A stretch of 64,000 bases of DNA, taken from the NCBI RefSeq assembly GCF_009914755.1, contig NC_060937.1, one strand, 5' to 3'. Positions within the stretch are counted from its first letter, which is position 1. Each line of letters opens with the position of its first letter. This document shows, one piece after another, positions 60,862-64,000 of this stretch. A program made the translations under genes and the position numbers. The notes beneath the pieces are model-generated. The model did not search any database and had not been told where the DNA came from. It worked only from the letters and a program-made list of their open reading frames with translations. The DNA comes from the human T2T-CHM13v2.0 reference genome, Homo sapiens.

Positions 60862-61850
60862 TGGTGGCCACTGTTAAGCCTCCAGAACCTATACCTTTAA
60901 AATGGTTAACAGATAAGCCAATTTGGATAGAATAATGGCTGCTAAGCAAAGAGAAACTGGATGCTTTAGAGAAATTAGTTACTGAACAATTAGAAAATGG
61001 GCACATAGCTCCAACATTTTCCCCTTGGAATTCTCCAGTGTTCATAATTAAGAAAAAATCAGGTAAATGGAGAATGTTAACTGACTTAAGAGCCATCAAT
61101 TCAGTTATACAACCTATGGAAACATAACAGCCAGGATTGCCTTCTCCTACTATAATTCCAAAAAATTGGCCTTTAATAGTCACAGATTTAAAAGACTGTT
61201 ACTTTACTACCCTTTTAGCTGAGCAAGACTGTGAACGGTTTGCATTTACAATTCCTGCAGTAAACAACCTGCAGCCTGCTAAGCGTTTTCGTTGTTTCAC
61301 AGATGGGTCTAGTAATGGTAAAGCTTCTTATTCTGGATCAAAAGGTAAAGTTTTCCAGACACCCTATACTTCAGCTCAAAAAGCGGAGCTTGTAGCTGTA
61401 ATTGAGGTATTGACTGCTTTTGATATGCCTGTTAATGTGATTTCTGATTCTTCATACATGGTTCATTCCACACAGTTAATTGAAAATGCTCAGTTACTAT
61501 TTCATACAGATGAACAACTGATAATAAAAACAAAAAAAGGGGGAGAAACAGGGATTACGGATAGCCCATACACAATTGAATCTATCATTATTAACTTTCA
61601 AATTTTTGAGCCTGCCCAAAGGCCAGATGTTACCAGCAGCTGAACAGCATCTACAGAAACTAGCTGCAAAGAGAGAAGCAGAACAACTGGTTTGGTGGAG
61701 AGATCCAATAACAAAAAGTTGGGAAATAGGTAAAATTATAACTTGGCATAGAGATTATGCTTGTGTTTCTCCAGGACCGAATCAACAACTGATTTAGATA
61801 CCATCAAGACACCTGAAATTTTATCATGAGTCAGATGCTGAGGAAGAGAT
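60840..61850 (+). pseudogene. pol: HML-3 pol with two large internal deletions (RT N-term / RNase H / IN C-term)
   Basis: [26 protein letters not shown]; DLKDCYFT..L...[10 protein letters not shown]; [10 protein letters not shown] and SAQKAEL.AV; WWRDPITKSWEIGKIITW. Confidence 0.9.
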
Positions 61851-61884
61851 AAAAAGCACAATCATCATTGAAATTAGAGCTTCT

Positions 61885-62107
61885 GGCTGGGCGCGGTGGC
61901 TCACGCCTGTAATCCCAGCACTCTGGGAGGCCGAGGTGGGCAGATCACAAGGTCAGGAGATCGAGACCATCCTGGCTAACACGGTGAAACCCCGTCTCTA
62001 CTAAAAATACAAAAAATTAGCTGGGTGAGGTGGCGGGCGCCTATAGTCCCAGCTACTCAGGAGGCTGAGGCAGGAGAATGGCATGAACCCGGGAGGCAAA
62101 ACTTCAG
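61885..62107 (+). mobile_element. AluY, 3'-truncated (last ~55 nt and poly(A) missing)
   Basis: Intact 5' end GGCTGGGCGCGGTGGCTCACG and AluY diagnostics; homology ends after GAACCCGGGAGGC. Confidence 0.92.
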
Positions 62108-62220
62108 GTTTTGCCAAGAATGACACTGTAAATGTAACAAAGCTTCTGTGCTTGTTAGTGAACACCAAATCAGCTACTCTCCTGTATTCGGAGATCAGGA
62201 TGAAATGAAAAGAACAAGCA

Positions 62221-62521
<301 letters not shown>

Positions 62522-63235
62522 GACCCCCAACCTTGTCTAGACTGTGGGGTTTCAGTTTCACCCCAGGGGGGTCCTGGTTGGGTTAGAATCCTGAATCTCG
62601 TTTGAGTTCGAACCCTAAAGAATAAAGGGAATAAAGGCTGTAGCTACTGAGCTACTCAATCTGGTCTGGTTCTGGCTTTTGTGTGTCTGTCTGTATTTTT
62701 GGTCTAAATATTTGGCCCAACAGAGGTTAAAGGCTTTGATGTTCTCAGCAAAAGCCTTGTGAGATTTCTAGTTTATCTGTGTGCTCAATTGGAACAAAGA
62801 GACTCAATAAACTAGAAAAACCTAAAGAAAATGGCACACGTGAAAAATTGAGAGCCAACTCCTGTTTGTTGTTCTGTCCACCTCCCTCTCTCACTCCTCC
62901 TTCTGCCTTTGCTGTGGTCCCATGGTGTTTCTGTCTTTCCGGGGACCTGAGATCCAGTGTAGGAGTGAAGTCCATGATTTTAAAGCCTTCATGTCTCTGC
63001 TTTTTAACTCTGCCTGCTTTGCTGAGCTCTTATAATGAGAAATAAACTATTCAGAACAGGTACAACAGGGCATCAGAAAACCAACTTCAGGCAGCGCTCC
63101 GGCAAGTACCTCCCTAGAGGGGAAGGGCTTACTAAAGGAGATTTAATCTTGAAAAGGCCAAAATGAGAAGCTCTAACCTTTAGCTTGCTAGGTTTTCTGG
63201 GACTCGAACTGGCTATATATTATGGATCATTCTAG

Positions 63236-63938
<703 letters not shown>

Positions 63939-64000
63939 TCTAGTGCACACTTTAAACCTGACGGCCAAATTACATGAAAGAAAATTCAGAACTCAAATAG

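Overview
Primate (human-like) pericentromeric or acrocentric-type DNA at a satellite-to-euchromatin transition. I found no host protein-coding gene, RNA gene or CRISPR array. Bases 1-6650 are a diverged HSat3-like (GGAAT/GGAGT)n array interrupted 16 times by the same ~57-bp Alu 3' tip. Shared variants show these ~370-bp composite units form a ~2-kb, 5-unit higher-order repeat. The array ends abruptly on an internal L1 ORF2 fragment. The AT-rich remainder is transposon-dense: a full-length disabled L1PA4-like element (23454-29577), three truncated antisense L1PAs, about ten Alus, solo LTRs (one containing a templated copy of nearby DNA), DNA-transposon fossils and old L1M remnants. At 55-62 kb there is a nested stack: an L1 interrupted by an HML-1 (LTR14) provirus, itself interrupted by an HML-3 (MER9) provirus, all truncated at a common breakpoint near 61850. 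Subfamily names come from recalled consensus motifs, not from a search, and boundaries of old repeats are approximate.
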